From a plasmid: 64,000 bases of DNA. The notes below the pieces were generated by a model. The model was given only the letters and a program-made list of their open reading frames with translations. It was not told where the DNA came from and did not search any database. Below, in pieces: positions 20,624 to 30,440 of the stretch. Each line of letters starts with the position of its first letter. Within the stretch, counting starts at the first letter, position 1. The stretch lies in the sequence record CP113993.1; one strand, given 5' to 3'. The position numbers and the translations under genes are program-made.

Positions 20624-20910
20624 AGCCTGCCCCGCATGGCCTGTTGTTTCAGCGTGTTCATCCTGTTTTCCATTTCATCGTGGCCGATATACTCGCCTTC
20701 ACCGGCATCATAGCGGCTGAATGCCTGAGCTATCTGCTCTTCCAGCCAGTCTTCATGTACGCTGCTCTGATAGCGGCGTTCTTCTTCTGCCAGCTCTTCG
20801 GCACGCTGGCGCATCAGCTCTGTCAGGCTCACCTGCTGACGCTCTGCTGCCTGCATGGCCAGTCGTTTGGTTTCTTCAGCTATCCGGAAGTGGATCGTAC
20901 TGCTCATCAT
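20620..20910 (-). CDS. ParD/RHH-like antitoxin partner (start at one of the internal Met codons)
   Basis: MSSTIHFRIAEETKRLAMQAAERQQVSLTELMRQ... has the RHH-type antitoxin pattern. Confidence 0.55.
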   Translation of the reverse strand: MMSSTIHFRIAEETKRLAMQAAERQQVSLTELMRQRAEELAEEERRYQSSVHEDWLEEQIAQAFSRYDAGEGEYIGHDEMENRMNTLKQQAMRGRL

Positions 20911-21630
20911 TCCCTCCACATGTGGTGTCGTTTGTGTTGTCATTATGAACGGTATATCCCGTTATGTCATCCAGGGTTTCCCGTTCTGCCGGATGTGTGC
21001 TGGCGTGAACCGCCTGAAGCGCCCGGACCGACACCTGCGTATAGATCTGCGTGGACTCCACGCTGGCATGACCCCGCATCGCCTGTATCCACCGCAGATC
21101 TGCACCATTCTCCAGCATCTGTGTCGCCATCGCGTGCCGGAACAGGTGGCAGCTCCCGTGCCCAACCAGGCCGGAGGCTTTCATATAGTGGCTGACGATG
21201 TTGGTGATGCCGTTCGGCCCCACACCCCCTCCACGACGTCCAGCGCCACGAACAGCGCCTTACAGTGCGGATTAACCAGCAACTGCGGTCTTAGCTGATG
21301 CAGATAATGCTGTACCCACCACAGCGCACGCTCACCCACCGGCACCACCCGGTCCTGTTTCCCCTTTCCCTGTACGATAGTCAGGATACGACGGTTCGCA
21401 TCCACGCTGAACACGTCAAGACCCGCCGCCTCACTCCTGCGTACGCCCGTTGACCACAGCAGCTCCATCAGCACCCGGTCACGAATACCCGCAGGCGTGG
21501 TCAGGTCCGGCAGTGCCAGTACCTGCTCCACTTCATCCACGCTAAGGATATACCGTGGCAGGCACTTCTCCAGCCTCGGCAGCTCAAGGTCTGCCGCCGG
21601 GTTGGCCAGTATCAGGTTCTGTCGGGTCAT
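20876..21630 (-). pseudogene. tyrosine recombinase (XerD/ResD-like), split by a frameshift near 21181-21223
   Basis: The C-terminal fragment carries ...HLFRHAMATQMLENGADLRWIQAMRGHASVESTQIYTQV (the R..H..Y catalytic box). The N-terminal fragment (21181-21630) has the core-binding domain. Confidence 0.65.
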
Positions 21631-21852
21631 CCAGTGGAGCCAGACCTGAAGCGGCTGTAAGGCCGTACGCTGGGTCCGGGTGGTCAGCGGGGCACCATTA
21701 CGTTTACGGTACTGGTACAGATGCCGCTGGTGATGCCTCTATACCGGAATCTATTGCAGTCCCCATGTGAACATCCGGTGAAGTCATCTTCACAGGAGTT
21801 TTCAGTCAGTTAGCATTACCGACATCCATTCACCGACTTACCGGAGGAACCG

Positions 21853-22336
21853 ATGTCAAAACACCGATGGTCCATTGAACAGAAAAGGCAGCACGTTGCC
21901 GCCTGGCGCACCAGCGGCCTTACACGCCAGCAATACTGTGAACTCAACGATATCCCCTTCAAATCACTTCGCGAATGGCCGAAGGATGTCGCAAAAGCTG
22001 AACGTCGGGCTAATGACCCCACCATTCTTCCCGTTCAGATTGCGCCAACACTGCAGGCTGATACTCCACCGCCCGTCACAAACGAGCCGGTTACACTCTT
22101 CATCCCCGGCGGGATACGGATGTGCTGTCATCCTTCACAACTGACTGATGTCTTCAGGGCGCTCAAATATGCTGACGCCTGATAATGTTTTCCTCACTGT
22201 TAAACCTGTCGATATGCGGCGCGGCATCGATACGCTGACACAGTATAGACAGGATGAACTCAGGTCGACGTGGCATGAGGGCGCCGCCTTCGTCTTTGTC
22301 AACAATCTATGGTCACCCCCATTTTTGCAATACTGA
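21853..22336 (+). pseudogene. IS66-family accessory ORF remnants (TnpA-like HTH and TnpB-like)
   Basis: MSKHRWSIEQKRQHVAAWRTSGLTRQQYCELNDIP... is IS66 orf1-like. ...PDNVFLTVKPVDMRRGIDTL... is IS66 orf2-like and truncated. No IS66 transposase follows. Confidence 0.45.
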
Positions 22337-22585
22337 TTTTTGATTAATGGTGGGCTTGCTTCAATCTATCCGGCGTCTGTATGGGCAAGAATGCCCGCGC
22401 CACGATGAGTTCCGCGCCTGATGCACCTGAAAAAGCCCTCGGCTTCAGTGAGCCATTTGTTGTCTAAGGTTTCTCATCAGGCCGATATGCCGTTCATGTC
22501 ATCAATAATCAGTCTTCGCAAAACCAGATGGGTAACTACTGTTTAACTACTTAATAATCAATCTGTTGATTCAGCGCGACATATA

Positions 22586-23611
22586 TCAGGCCTGATATGC
22601 ATTGTGATTCGTCGTGATTGCCCATGCTATTCGCGCCAGTTTGTTTGCCAGAGCGCAGGCAACCACATTCGAATGCTTCTTGCTGAGTTGCTCTCTGACC
22701 CATTCGGCCAGTCTGCCCTGCTGATGTTCCAGTCGCATCATGAACGAGCGGGCACACTGAACCAGTAAACGGCGGAGGTTTTTGTCGCCCCGTTTGCTGA
22801 TACCCAGCAGAGTCGATTTACCTCCTGTACTGTATTGCCGGGGGACAAGCCCTGTGGAAGCAGCAAAAAGCCCTGTGGAAGCAGCAAAATCCCTGCTGCA
22901 TGAAAATTGTTTGCCATCACCGAGCTGTGATGAAAGCAGACTGGCCGTAATCGGCCCAACACCGGGTATTGTCATGATGCGTTGAGTTGCATCATCAGTT
23001 TTGATTGACTGGTTTAATTCTGATTCCAGTTCTGTTATTTGCTCAACAAGGTAAAGATAGTGAGCGTGTAATTTCATCAGCAAACGGCTCAGATATTCAG
23101 GTATTTCGTGTTCCACGAGCACCAGGGGCAGCCGCTTAATGACAGTATCGCCTACTGGCAGACTGATACCAAATTCCAGCAAAAAACCGTTGATCTGGTT
23201 GGTCGTTTTCACCTTGTCTCTGATAAGTGATTCTCTGGCCCGATGCAGCGCTCGCATCGCCTGCTGAACTTCGGTTCTGGGCTGGACAAACCACATTGAT
23301 GGTCGCGATGCGGCTTCGCATATTGCCTCAGCGTCGACAAAATCATTTTTATTACTTTTGACGAACGGACGCACGAATTGCGAAGAGATAAGTTTTGCTT
23401 CATGACCGATATCACTGATACGCCGTGCCATAAAATGCGCACCGGCACAGGCTTCCATAACAACAACAGTGGACGGACATGTCGCCAGAAACTGCATTAG
23501 ATTAGTGCGCGTGAATTTCTTACGCTGAAGCGCCTTTCCGGACTTGTCCTGACAGTGAAGATGAAAAGAGTGTTTACCGAGAGCGATACCAATAAGCGCA
23601 ACGTTTTCCAT
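22586..23611 (-). CDS. IS110-family transposase (apparently intact)
   Basis: 341 aa. The N-terminus IGIALGKHSFHLHCQD is the DEDD RuvC-like start, and the C-terminus ...FAASTGLVPRQYSTGGKSTLLGISKRGDKNLRRLL is the IS110 signature. It carries an in-frame 21-bp tandem duplication. Confidence 0.8.
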   Translation of the reverse strand: MENVALIGIALGKHSFHLHCQDKSGKALQRKKFTRTNLMQFLATCPSTVVVMEACAGAHFMARRISDIGHEAKLISSQFVRPFVKSNKNDFVDAEAICEAASRPSMWFVQPRTEVQQAMRALHRARESLIRDKVKTTNQINGFLLEFGISLPVGDTVIKRLPLVLVEHEIPEYLSRLLMKLHAHYLYLVEQITELESELNQSIKTDDATQRIMTIPGVGPITASLLSSQLGDGKQFSCSRDFAASTGLFAASTGLVPRQYSTGGKSTLLGISKRGDKNLRRLLVQCARSFMMRLEHQQGRLAEWVREQLSKKHSNVVACALANKLARIAWAITTNHNAYQA

Positions 23612-23694
23612 GATGGCCTCTCCTGAAAGAAAAACATCCTGCCAGCATACCGCTCACAGAGTGGGGGTGACCATCTCATTAAGCCCTGAGGGTA

Positions 23695-23970
23695 ATGGGG
23701 TATGACATAACCAAGGACGTCTGTAGTCATGGATTCCGGGCTATGGCATGCAGTGCGTTGATTGAATCAGGTTTGTGGTCCCGCGATGCTGTTGAAAGGC
23801 AGATGAGTCATCAGGAGCGTAACGGTGTACGAGCAGCTTATATCCATAAAGCCGAACACTTGGAAGAGCGGCGACTGATGCTACAGTGGTGGGCGGATTT
23901 TCTGGATGCAAACTCGAAAGAAAGTACCAGCCCCTTTGAGTATGCAAAGATTAACAATCCATTAAAATAG
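23695..23970 (+). pseudogene. phage P4-type tyrosine integrase C-terminal fragment
   Basis: ...HGFRAMACSALIESGLWSRDAVERQMSHQERNGVRAAYIHKAEHLEERRLMLQWWADFLD matches the C-terminal catalytic region (R-H-Y box) of P4/CP4-57-type integrases. The N-terminus is absent, with an IS110 element adjacent. Confidence 0.65.
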
Positions 23971-23974
23971 TAAG

Positions 23975-24003
23975 CACTCCGGGCAGATTGTCCGGAGTGC
24001 TTT
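23975..24003 (+). terminator. hairpin (9-bp stem gcactccgg/ccggagtgc) followed by a weak T tract
   Basis: Perfect inverted repeat read directly from the sequence just after the integrase fragment. Confidence 0.35.
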
Positions 24004-24293
24004 GAATGACGATTTTCTTTGGTAATGATGAAGAAGGTTGATGGTAAGGCAAATTATCCCCGCCCCTCATTAATACTCATGTAGTCAAGTCATTTATAGC
24101 TGGCATCACGGACTTCTGATCTCCCCTAGTTGCAGGTAACGACTTCAGTCCGCTGAAAGCGAAAAGCGGAAGTTCGGGAGGGTTGTGATCTACTTTTAAC
24201 CTTTGTAATTTAGAAGTATTCTTTTAAGATTAATCCACTTCCCATCGTCATCCTTTCGGTGCCCGTGAAAAGCTTTTTTAAGGTTACTGCCTC

Positions 24294-26603
24294 ATGGAGT
24301 TATGGATATTTATAATAGCTATTTATTTGATTTATATTCTTTTTTTCAAAAAGAAGAAACCTAAGTCCGCGGGCTCTTATACTTCCGCTCCTGTGAAAGC
24401 ACCACCTAAAGAATGGCTTGCTAACAACAAAAAAAATCAGGCGGTAATGCACAACGATGACAGCGAAGATGACAATCTGGCTACGTTTACACTAAGTGGC
24501 GGACGGAATGTCGAATACAGCATAACAGCCACTCAACGCCAGAATCTCTCAAAAAATACCGGTGCTTTGGCTCGCTGGATTTTACCGGGAGAGGTGATCA
24601 CAGTCGGTGGGGTAGAGGTTACCGGTGCCCACTTCTATCTTGGACAGCGTATGAAACCTGCCGGGCATAACTCAGGTGGTTATTATGATGATAGTAGCGA
24701 GGCATCGCTAATTGACGACACGCTTAAGATATACCCCACACCTTACATTTACGAAGATAGTTCATTAGGGTATTGGCCCAGTTTTTCCTCACTTTCACCT
24801 GAAGCACGTGGTGCGTACCTGAGTTGGCTTGCCAGCGACAGATGTGACACTTCTTGCCCAATTGGTTACGTTTTTATTTATCTGTATGGTCTGGAAAGAC
24901 GGGCGCTTGTTGACAGCAGGGACAACAATATATCTGACGATGAGTTCTATTCTCTTTTCAAAGAGATCTGCCGTCTCAGATCGGTTTTCAATGAAAACCG
25001 ATCTTTCCGGAACTACTCGTCCCAGCTACTTGAAGCGATGTCCATTCTTCGCCCGAACGAAAATCTTGCAGCAGCTCTCGTCAATGATTCGGAGTTCAGC
25101 AATAGAATGCAATTCAGGCTAATCCTGGCAAAGACAGTTGAGGCAGGAGCCCCGGTGCCAGCTGATCTGGCTCTGACGTGGGTGACAAACCATACTGAAT
25201 ACTCATTGCGAACCCCTGCCCGCCGTTGCGCGAAAGAATTTGCTGCACTTTTTAAACGGCGTTACACCCTTAAATACGGTGAAGGGATGGTAGTGAAGCC
25301 GAATAAAGCGCGTCTGCGTTTAGATTACACACCTGCAAGTCCCAGTTTGCGAGGTATTCGGCTTCCTGTTCCCGACTTGCCTGATCCAAGTGCATTGAAA
25401 GGCCCTGTTCAGCAGCTTATGACCCTTGCCGATATATGCACAGATGAACTAGATGCTTACAGTCGTTACCTTGGTAGAAAAGGCACTTCAGCAAATGATA
25501 CCGCTGCAATTTTGTTGCTGCCTTCAGAAATCGTTAACGAAAGCGCAGAAAAAATATTAAGTGCATTCAAACGCTGGGCTGATGACGCGATCCTCAGTAA
25601 GGGTGGAGTAGTTTCAGTTGCTGACTACTGGTCACATATGAATGCTACCTGTCCGGCGAAGATCAATAAAAAAGAGGCCGACTTGATGCAGGCCTTTGCA
25701 CAGAAAATGGGGTACTGTCTGGCTCCTGACCCCTATTACCACCACGTAAAGGCAGATGTCGATGGTGTTCTTGTTTTATTCCCTGCAGGAGAAGGTGGAC
25801 GCTTCTCACCTTCTCCTGAATTTATCACAGCTGTATTGACGCTCCGATTAGGTGCGGTAGTCGCCTTGATTGACAATTCTCTCGATCAAGCCGAACAGAA
25901 AGTGCTCGAGAATGCCATCAACAACAATGCCGGCTTCAGCGATGATGAAAAGCGCTCTCTACACGCATATTTAACGTGGCAGCTTCATACCCCGGCGAAC
26001 ATGACGGGAATGAAGAGCCGGATTGAATTACTTGATACTGCGGAAAAATCAGCTGTTGGTAAGGTTATCGTTAGTGTTGCTTGCTCTGATGGCAGAATTA
26101 CGCCTGCCGAAATCAAACAGCTTGAGAAGATTTATACAAGCCTGGGGCTGGATCCCTCATCCGTATCAAGCAATATCCACCAGCATTCCGCAACTGAAAC
26201 TGCTCTCGTTTCATCTGTACCAGCTAATCAGTCGACGGCAGGGTTTACACTGGATGCCAACGTACTTGCCCGCCACGAATCTGCCACTGATGATGTTCGT
26301 AAATTACTGAACTCGATTTTCACTGAAGAAGAACCAGAACAACCAGAAAGCACTCCAGCCTCATTAACCGGGGAAGGGGGCCTTGACCCCGCTCATAGCC
26401 AACTTTATCGCAGGTTGCTGGAGAAAGAACAATGGTCCAGAAAAGAGGCGACAGAGTTATGCAGTAACTGGAACTTGATGCTCGGCGGTGCGCTTGAGGT
26501 GATCAATGATTGGTCCTATGCGGTGGTTGATGCACCAGTGCTGGAAGATACTGATGATCATATTTGGGTTGACCTGGAAATAGCCAAAGAATTAGAGGGT
26601 TAG
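24294..26603 (+). CDS. large TerB-like protein with an N-terminal transmembrane helix (SngA-like), first gene of a 3-gene cassette
   Basis: 769 aa. The N-terminus ELWIFIIAIYLIYILFF is hydrophobic and followed by KKKKPK. The C-terminal block ...NWNLMLGGALEVINDWSYAVVDAPVLEDTDDHIWVDLEIAKELEG resembles, from memory, TerB-C-type ends. It is 4 nt from the next gene. Confidence 0.65.
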   Translation: MELWIFIIAIYLIYILFFKKKKPKSAGSYTSAPVKAPPKEWLANNKKNQAVMHNDDSEDDNLATFTLSGGRNVEYSITATQRQNLSKNTGALARWILPGEVITVGGVEVTGAHFYLGQRMKPAGHNSGGYYDDSSEASLIDDTLKIYPTPYIYEDSSLGYWPSFSSLSPEARGAYLSWLASDRCDTSCPIGYVFIYLYGLERRALVDSRDNNISDDEFYSLFKEICRLRSVFNENRSFRNYSSQLLEAMSILRPNENLAAALVNDSEFSNRMQFRLILAKTVEAGAPVPADLALTWVTNHTEYSLRTPARRCAKEFAALFKRRYTLKYGEGMVVKPNKARLRLDYTPASPSLRGIRLPVPDLPDPSALKGPVQQLMTLADICTDELDAYSRYLGRKGTSANDTAAILLLPSEIVNESAEKILSAFKRWADDAILSKGGVVSVADYWSHMNATCPAKINKKEADLMQAFAQKMGYCLAPDPYYHHVKADVDGVLVLFPAGEGGRFSPSPEFITAVLTLRLGAVVALIDNSLDQAEQKVLENAINNNAGFSDDEKRSLHAYLTWQLHTPANMTGMKSRIELLDTAEKSAVGKVIVSVACSDGRITPAEIKQLEKIYTSLGLDPSSVSSNIHQHSATETALVSSVPANQSTAGFTLDANVLARHESATDDVRKLLNSIFTEEEPEQPESTPASLTGEGGLDPAHSQLYRRLLEKEQWSRKEATELCSNWNLMLGGALEVINDWSYAVVDAPVLEDTDDHIWVDLEIAKELEG

Positions 26604-26606
26604 TGA

Positions 26607-27923
26607 ATGTCTGTAACACGTATAAGAGTGAAAGAGCGCGACGCTATTATTCAGTCACTTAAGTCAGGAGTAACGCCAAGGATAGGGATTCAGCATATCC
26701 AGGTTGGCCGCGTGAATGAGATAACCGCCCTCCATCAGGATATTGAACGGATTGCTGATGGAGGGGCGAGCTTCAGACTTATCATTGGTGAGTACGGTTC
26801 CGGGAAAACGTTCTTTTTAAGTGTTGTGCGGTCTATTGCGTTAGAGAAGAAGTTGGTTGCGGTCAGTGCAGACCTTTCTCCCGACAGACGTATTCACTCA
26901 TCGGGAGGTCATGCTCGTAATCTCTACTCAGAGCTTATGAAAAATATGTCCACCAGAAACAAACCAGATGGCAATGCGTTACTTAGCGTTGTGGAAAGGT
27001 TCGTTACTGAGGCAAGGAAGGAAGCTGATGCGAACGGCTCCCAAGTCTCATCCGTTATTCATAAACGCCTTGCTGCTTTGTCAAATATGGTGGGCGGATA
27101 TGACTTTGCGAAGGTCATTGACGCATTCTGGCGCGGGCACGAGCAGGATAACGAAACCTTAAAATCCAATGCCATTCGCTGGTTGCGGGGCGAATACACC
27201 ACCAAAACTGATGCCCGTAATGATCTCGATGTCCGAACTATTATCTCAGACGCCTCATTCTATGATTCTTTGAAGTTGATTAGCCTTTTTGTCCGTCAGG
27301 CAGGCTATGCCGGACTTTTAGTTAGCCTCGACGAGATGGTGAACCTCTTTAAGTTGAATAATACGCAAGCGAGAACAGCCAACTACGAACAGATCTTGCG
27401 GATCCTGAATGACTGCCTGCAAGGCTCCGCCGAAAATATTGGTTTTATCCTCGGGGGGACGCCAGAGTTTCTTTTCGATCCACGTAAGGGGCTCTACAGC
27501 TATGAGGCGCTCCAGTCGCGTCTGGCAGAAAACCGATTCGCACAGAAAGCAGGCGTGATTGACTACTCGTCTCCCACGCTGCATCTTGCCAGCCTCACTC
27601 CTGAGGAACTGTATATTTTACTGAAAAATCTTCGTCATGTTTATGCTGGTGGAGATCCCGCGAATTATCTGGTGCCAGATGATGCTCTGACCGGGTTTCT
27701 GCATCACTGCAGCAAAACCATCGGAGATGCTTACTTTCGTACTCCCCGCAATACCATAAAAGGTTTTCTGGATATGCTAGCTGTGCTGGAGCAAAACAGA
27801 ATGATGAACTGGCAAGCGCTCATCGAGGGAGTGGCGATTGAAGAAGACAAGCCCAGCGATATGGATGACACCACTGTGGAGGAAAGCGATGACGACGACG
27901 GCCTGGCGAATTTCAGACTATGA
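26607..27923 (+). CDS. P-loop ATPase (BrxD/SngB-like, DUF2791-type)
   Basis: 438 aa with Walker A LIIGEYGSGKTFFLS and Walker-B-like LLVSLDEM, plus an acidic C-terminal tail (EESDDDDG). Its stop overlaps the next start (ATGA). Confidence 0.7.
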   Translation: MSVTRIRVKERDAIIQSLKSGVTPRIGIQHIQVGRVNEITALHQDIERIADGGASFRLIIGEYGSGKTFFLSVVRSIALEKKLVAVSADLSPDRRIHSSGGHARNLYSELMKNMSTRNKPDGNALLSVVERFVTEARKEADANGSQVSSVIHKRLAALSNMVGGYDFAKVIDAFWRGHEQDNETLKSNAIRWLRGEYTTKTDARNDLDVRTIISDASFYDSLKLISLFVRQAGYAGLLVSLDEMVNLFKLNNTQARTANYEQILRILNDCLQGSAENIGFILGGTPEFLFDPRKGLYSYEALQSRLAENRFAQKAGVIDYSSPTLHLASLTPEELYILLKNLRHVYAGGDPANYLVPDDALTGFLHHCSKTIGDAYFRTPRNTIKGFLDMLAVLEQNRMMNWQALIEGVAIEEDKPSDMDDTTVEESDDDDGLANFRL

Positions 27924-30142
27924 GCAGTGCCTACAATAGTCTCGATCCCCGTGTCCGTAAGTGGGTTTATAAGCAGGACTGGTCATCATTAAGGCCCTTG
28001 CAGGAGAGTTCTATTCCGGCAATTTTAGCCCGCGATCGTGATGTACTAATTAGTGCAGGTACAGCAGCGGGTAAAACAGAAGCTTTCTTTCTTCCTGCCT
28101 GTTCGGCGGTTGCAGATCTCACCGGTGGATTTGGCATTATCTATATCAGCCCGTTGAAGGCATTGATTAACGATCAGCACCGTCGTCTCGAGAGTCTTGG
28201 TGAAGCCCTGGAAATGCAAGTGACGCCCTGGCACGGGGATGTACCACAAAGCAAAAAAAAGAAAGCACGGACAAACCCGTCTGGCATCTTACTTATCACA
28301 CCTGAATCACTTGAGTCTTTGCTCATAAACTCATTGGGTTGGCTCAAACAGGCGTTTTCTTCAGTGGCATACATTGTTATTGATGAGTTCCACACTTTTA
28401 TTGGCTCAGAGCGTGGTATACAGCTGCTTTCTCTGCTTAATAGAATTGACCATGTGCTAGGACGCCAGTTAAATCCAATTCCCCGTGTCGCGTTGAGTGC
28501 CACGCTGGGAGAACTGGAAAAAGTGCCAGAACTATTGCGCCCGGATAAGAGATTACCTTGTGAAACGGTAACAGACAGTAATAGCACAGCCACACTACAG
28601 GTTCAGGTTAAAGGTTATCTTGAGCGGGAGCCCGAAAAAGGAGAAGAGCTCCAGAGCTCTGCCGAACAGCTCGTCTGCGCGGATATTTTCAGGCTCTGCC
28701 GTGGCGATTCCCACCTGGTCTTTGCTAACAGTCGAAAGCGTACTGAAAGCATAGCGGCAACACTGAGCGACATGTGTGAGGCAAATGTCGTTCCTAATGA
28801 ATTCTTTCCTCATCATGGTTCCCTGGCCAGGGAGTTACGTGAGACGCTTGAAGCCCGACTGCAGAAAGGGAATTTGCCCACAACCGCTGTTTGTACAATG
28901 ACGCTAGAGCTGGGTATTGATATTGGTAAGGTGCAGTCGGTCATACAAGTTACACCTCCGCATTCTGTTTCCAGTCTGCGTCAACGTATGGGACGTTCAG
29001 GGCGGCGCGATTCCCCAGCGGTACTGAGAATGTTAATTACTGAACCTGAACTTACCGCAACCAGCAGCATTGTGGATCATTTACGTCTGCAGTTGGTACA
29101 GGCGATGGCAATGATCAGGTTGATGATCTCTAAACGCTGGTTCGAGCCTGCAGATGTCCGGCAGAAACATTACTCCACGCTGCTACACCAGATCCTTGCT
29201 ATTACTGCGCAATGGGGCGGAGTTCGTGCCGATCAGCTCTGGTCACAACTTTGCCAGACAGGTCCGTTCCGGAATGTCGATATAAATGACTTCAAAAGTC
29301 TGCTTAAACATATGGGGATATGTGGCCTGCTTACTCAACTTGCCAGCGGTGAAATAGTTGTCGGGGCTGAGGGGGAGAAGCTGACTAATCACTACACGTT
29401 TTATGCCGTATTCAATACACCTGAGGAGTTTCGAATCGTTACAGGAAACCGAACTCTTGGCACAGTGCCTGTAGACTCCCCACTTTTGCCTGAGCAGCAC
29501 ATCATCTTCGGCGGACGGCGCTGGAAAGTGACAGAGATCGAGGTTGAAAAAAAGGTTATCTATGTTGAGGCGACTAAAGGCGGACAGCCGCCACTATTCA
29601 GAGGTAGCGGGATGTCTGTTCATGATGTTGTTCGCCAGGAGATGCTCGCTATCTATAGGGAAAATGATTACCGTATCGCGGTAGGCAGCAAGAGAGTCGA
29701 TTATGCTGATGCTGCTGCCAGAAGCCTCTTTGCGGAAGGCAGTAACAACTTCCAACGCTACAATCTACAAAATGACTGTTTTATTGCCAGCGGTCAGAAC
29801 TGCTACGTGATCCCGTGGATGGGGGATAAAATTGTCAATACAATTACGTCCCTGCTTATACGTTGCGGCTTTAAAGCCAGTTCATTTGCAGGTGCGATAG
29901 AGGTAGAGGATTCAAACGTTGCCTCTGTTCAGCGTGCACTTAAGAAAATGCTATTGTCAGGGTTACCTTCAGAGTTTGAACTTGCTGCAGTTGTTCCTGA
30001 CAAGTATCTGGATAAATATGACGAGTATTTACCAGAGTCTTTGCTTGCGAAAGGGTATGGGGCAAAGGCGTATGATGTAGAAGGAACGTGCATCTGGCTG
30101 CAGAAACACCTTCAGTCGACTGGATATGTAGTCAGGGTATAA
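27920..30142 (+). CDS. DEAD/DEAH-box superfamily-2 helicase (Lhr-like, SngC-like)
   Basis: 740 aa with motif I AGTAAGKTEAF, motif II VIDEFHTF, motif III SATLG and motif VI QRMGRSGRR. It has a roughly 250-aa C-terminal extension. Confidence 0.8.
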   Translation: MSSAYNSLDPRVRKWVYKQDWSSLRPLQESSIPAILARDRDVLISAGTAAGKTEAFFLPACSAVADLTGGFGIIYISPLKALINDQHRRLESLGEALEMQVTPWHGDVPQSKKKKARTNPSGILLITPESLESLLINSLGWLKQAFSSVAYIVIDEFHTFIGSERGIQLLSLLNRIDHVLGRQLNPIPRVALSATLGELEKVPELLRPDKRLPCETVTDSNSTATLQVQVKGYLEREPEKGEELQSSAEQLVCADIFRLCRGDSHLVFANSRKRTESIAATLSDMCEANVVPNEFFPHHGSLARELRETLEARLQKGNLPTTAVCTMTLELGIDIGKVQSVIQVTPPHSVSSLRQRMGRSGRRDSPAVLRMLITEPELTATSSIVDHLRLQLVQAMAMIRLMISKRWFEPADVRQKHYSTLLHQILAITAQWGGVRADQLWSQLCQTGPFRNVDINDFKSLLKHMGICGLLTQLASGEIVVGAEGEKLTNHYTFYAVFNTPEEFRIVTGNRTLGTVPVDSPLLPEQHIIFGGRRWKVTEIEVEKKVIYVEATKGGQPPLFRGSGMSVHDVVRQEMLAIYRENDYRIAVGSKRVDYADAAARSLFAEGSNNFQRYNLQNDCFIASGQNCYVIPWMGDKIVNTITSLLIRCGFKASSFAGAIEVEDSNVASVQRALKKMLLSGLPSEFELAAVVPDKYLDKYDEYLPESLLAKGYGAKAYDVEGTCIWLQKHLQSTGYVVRV

Positions 30143-30170
30143 ATGACTTATTTATACCCTGATTTTTTTA
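30134..30170 (+). terminator. strong rho-independent terminator after the helicase gene
   Basis: 10-bp stem gggtataaat/atttataccc with loop gactt, followed by tgattttttta. Confidence 0.6.
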
Positions 30171-30440
30171 CTTCCCGGTGGACTTACTTGGCTTTAGTCC
30201 CGGAGTGTTGCCAGGAGTATCTTTATTATCTCGTCGGCGTTGATCCGGTTTTCCTGTCGATTTAGCAATTGGTTTTGGACCAGGTTTAAGACCCATGATA
30301 GTTATCCTTCAGAGATGTAAGAGGAAAACCCTCAGCATTGGTATATTAGATACTGAGAAATTTTTCAATGGGAGTGATCAACTGTATTAGCTCAGACCTG
30401 ATCTGACAGTTACCGGTTATTTATACAGGTATCTGTCAGA

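Noticed and set aside
20644-21298. 183- and 147-aa plus-strand ORFs
   Set aside because: They are antisense to the ParDE-like and tyrosine-recombinase genes and have no motifs.
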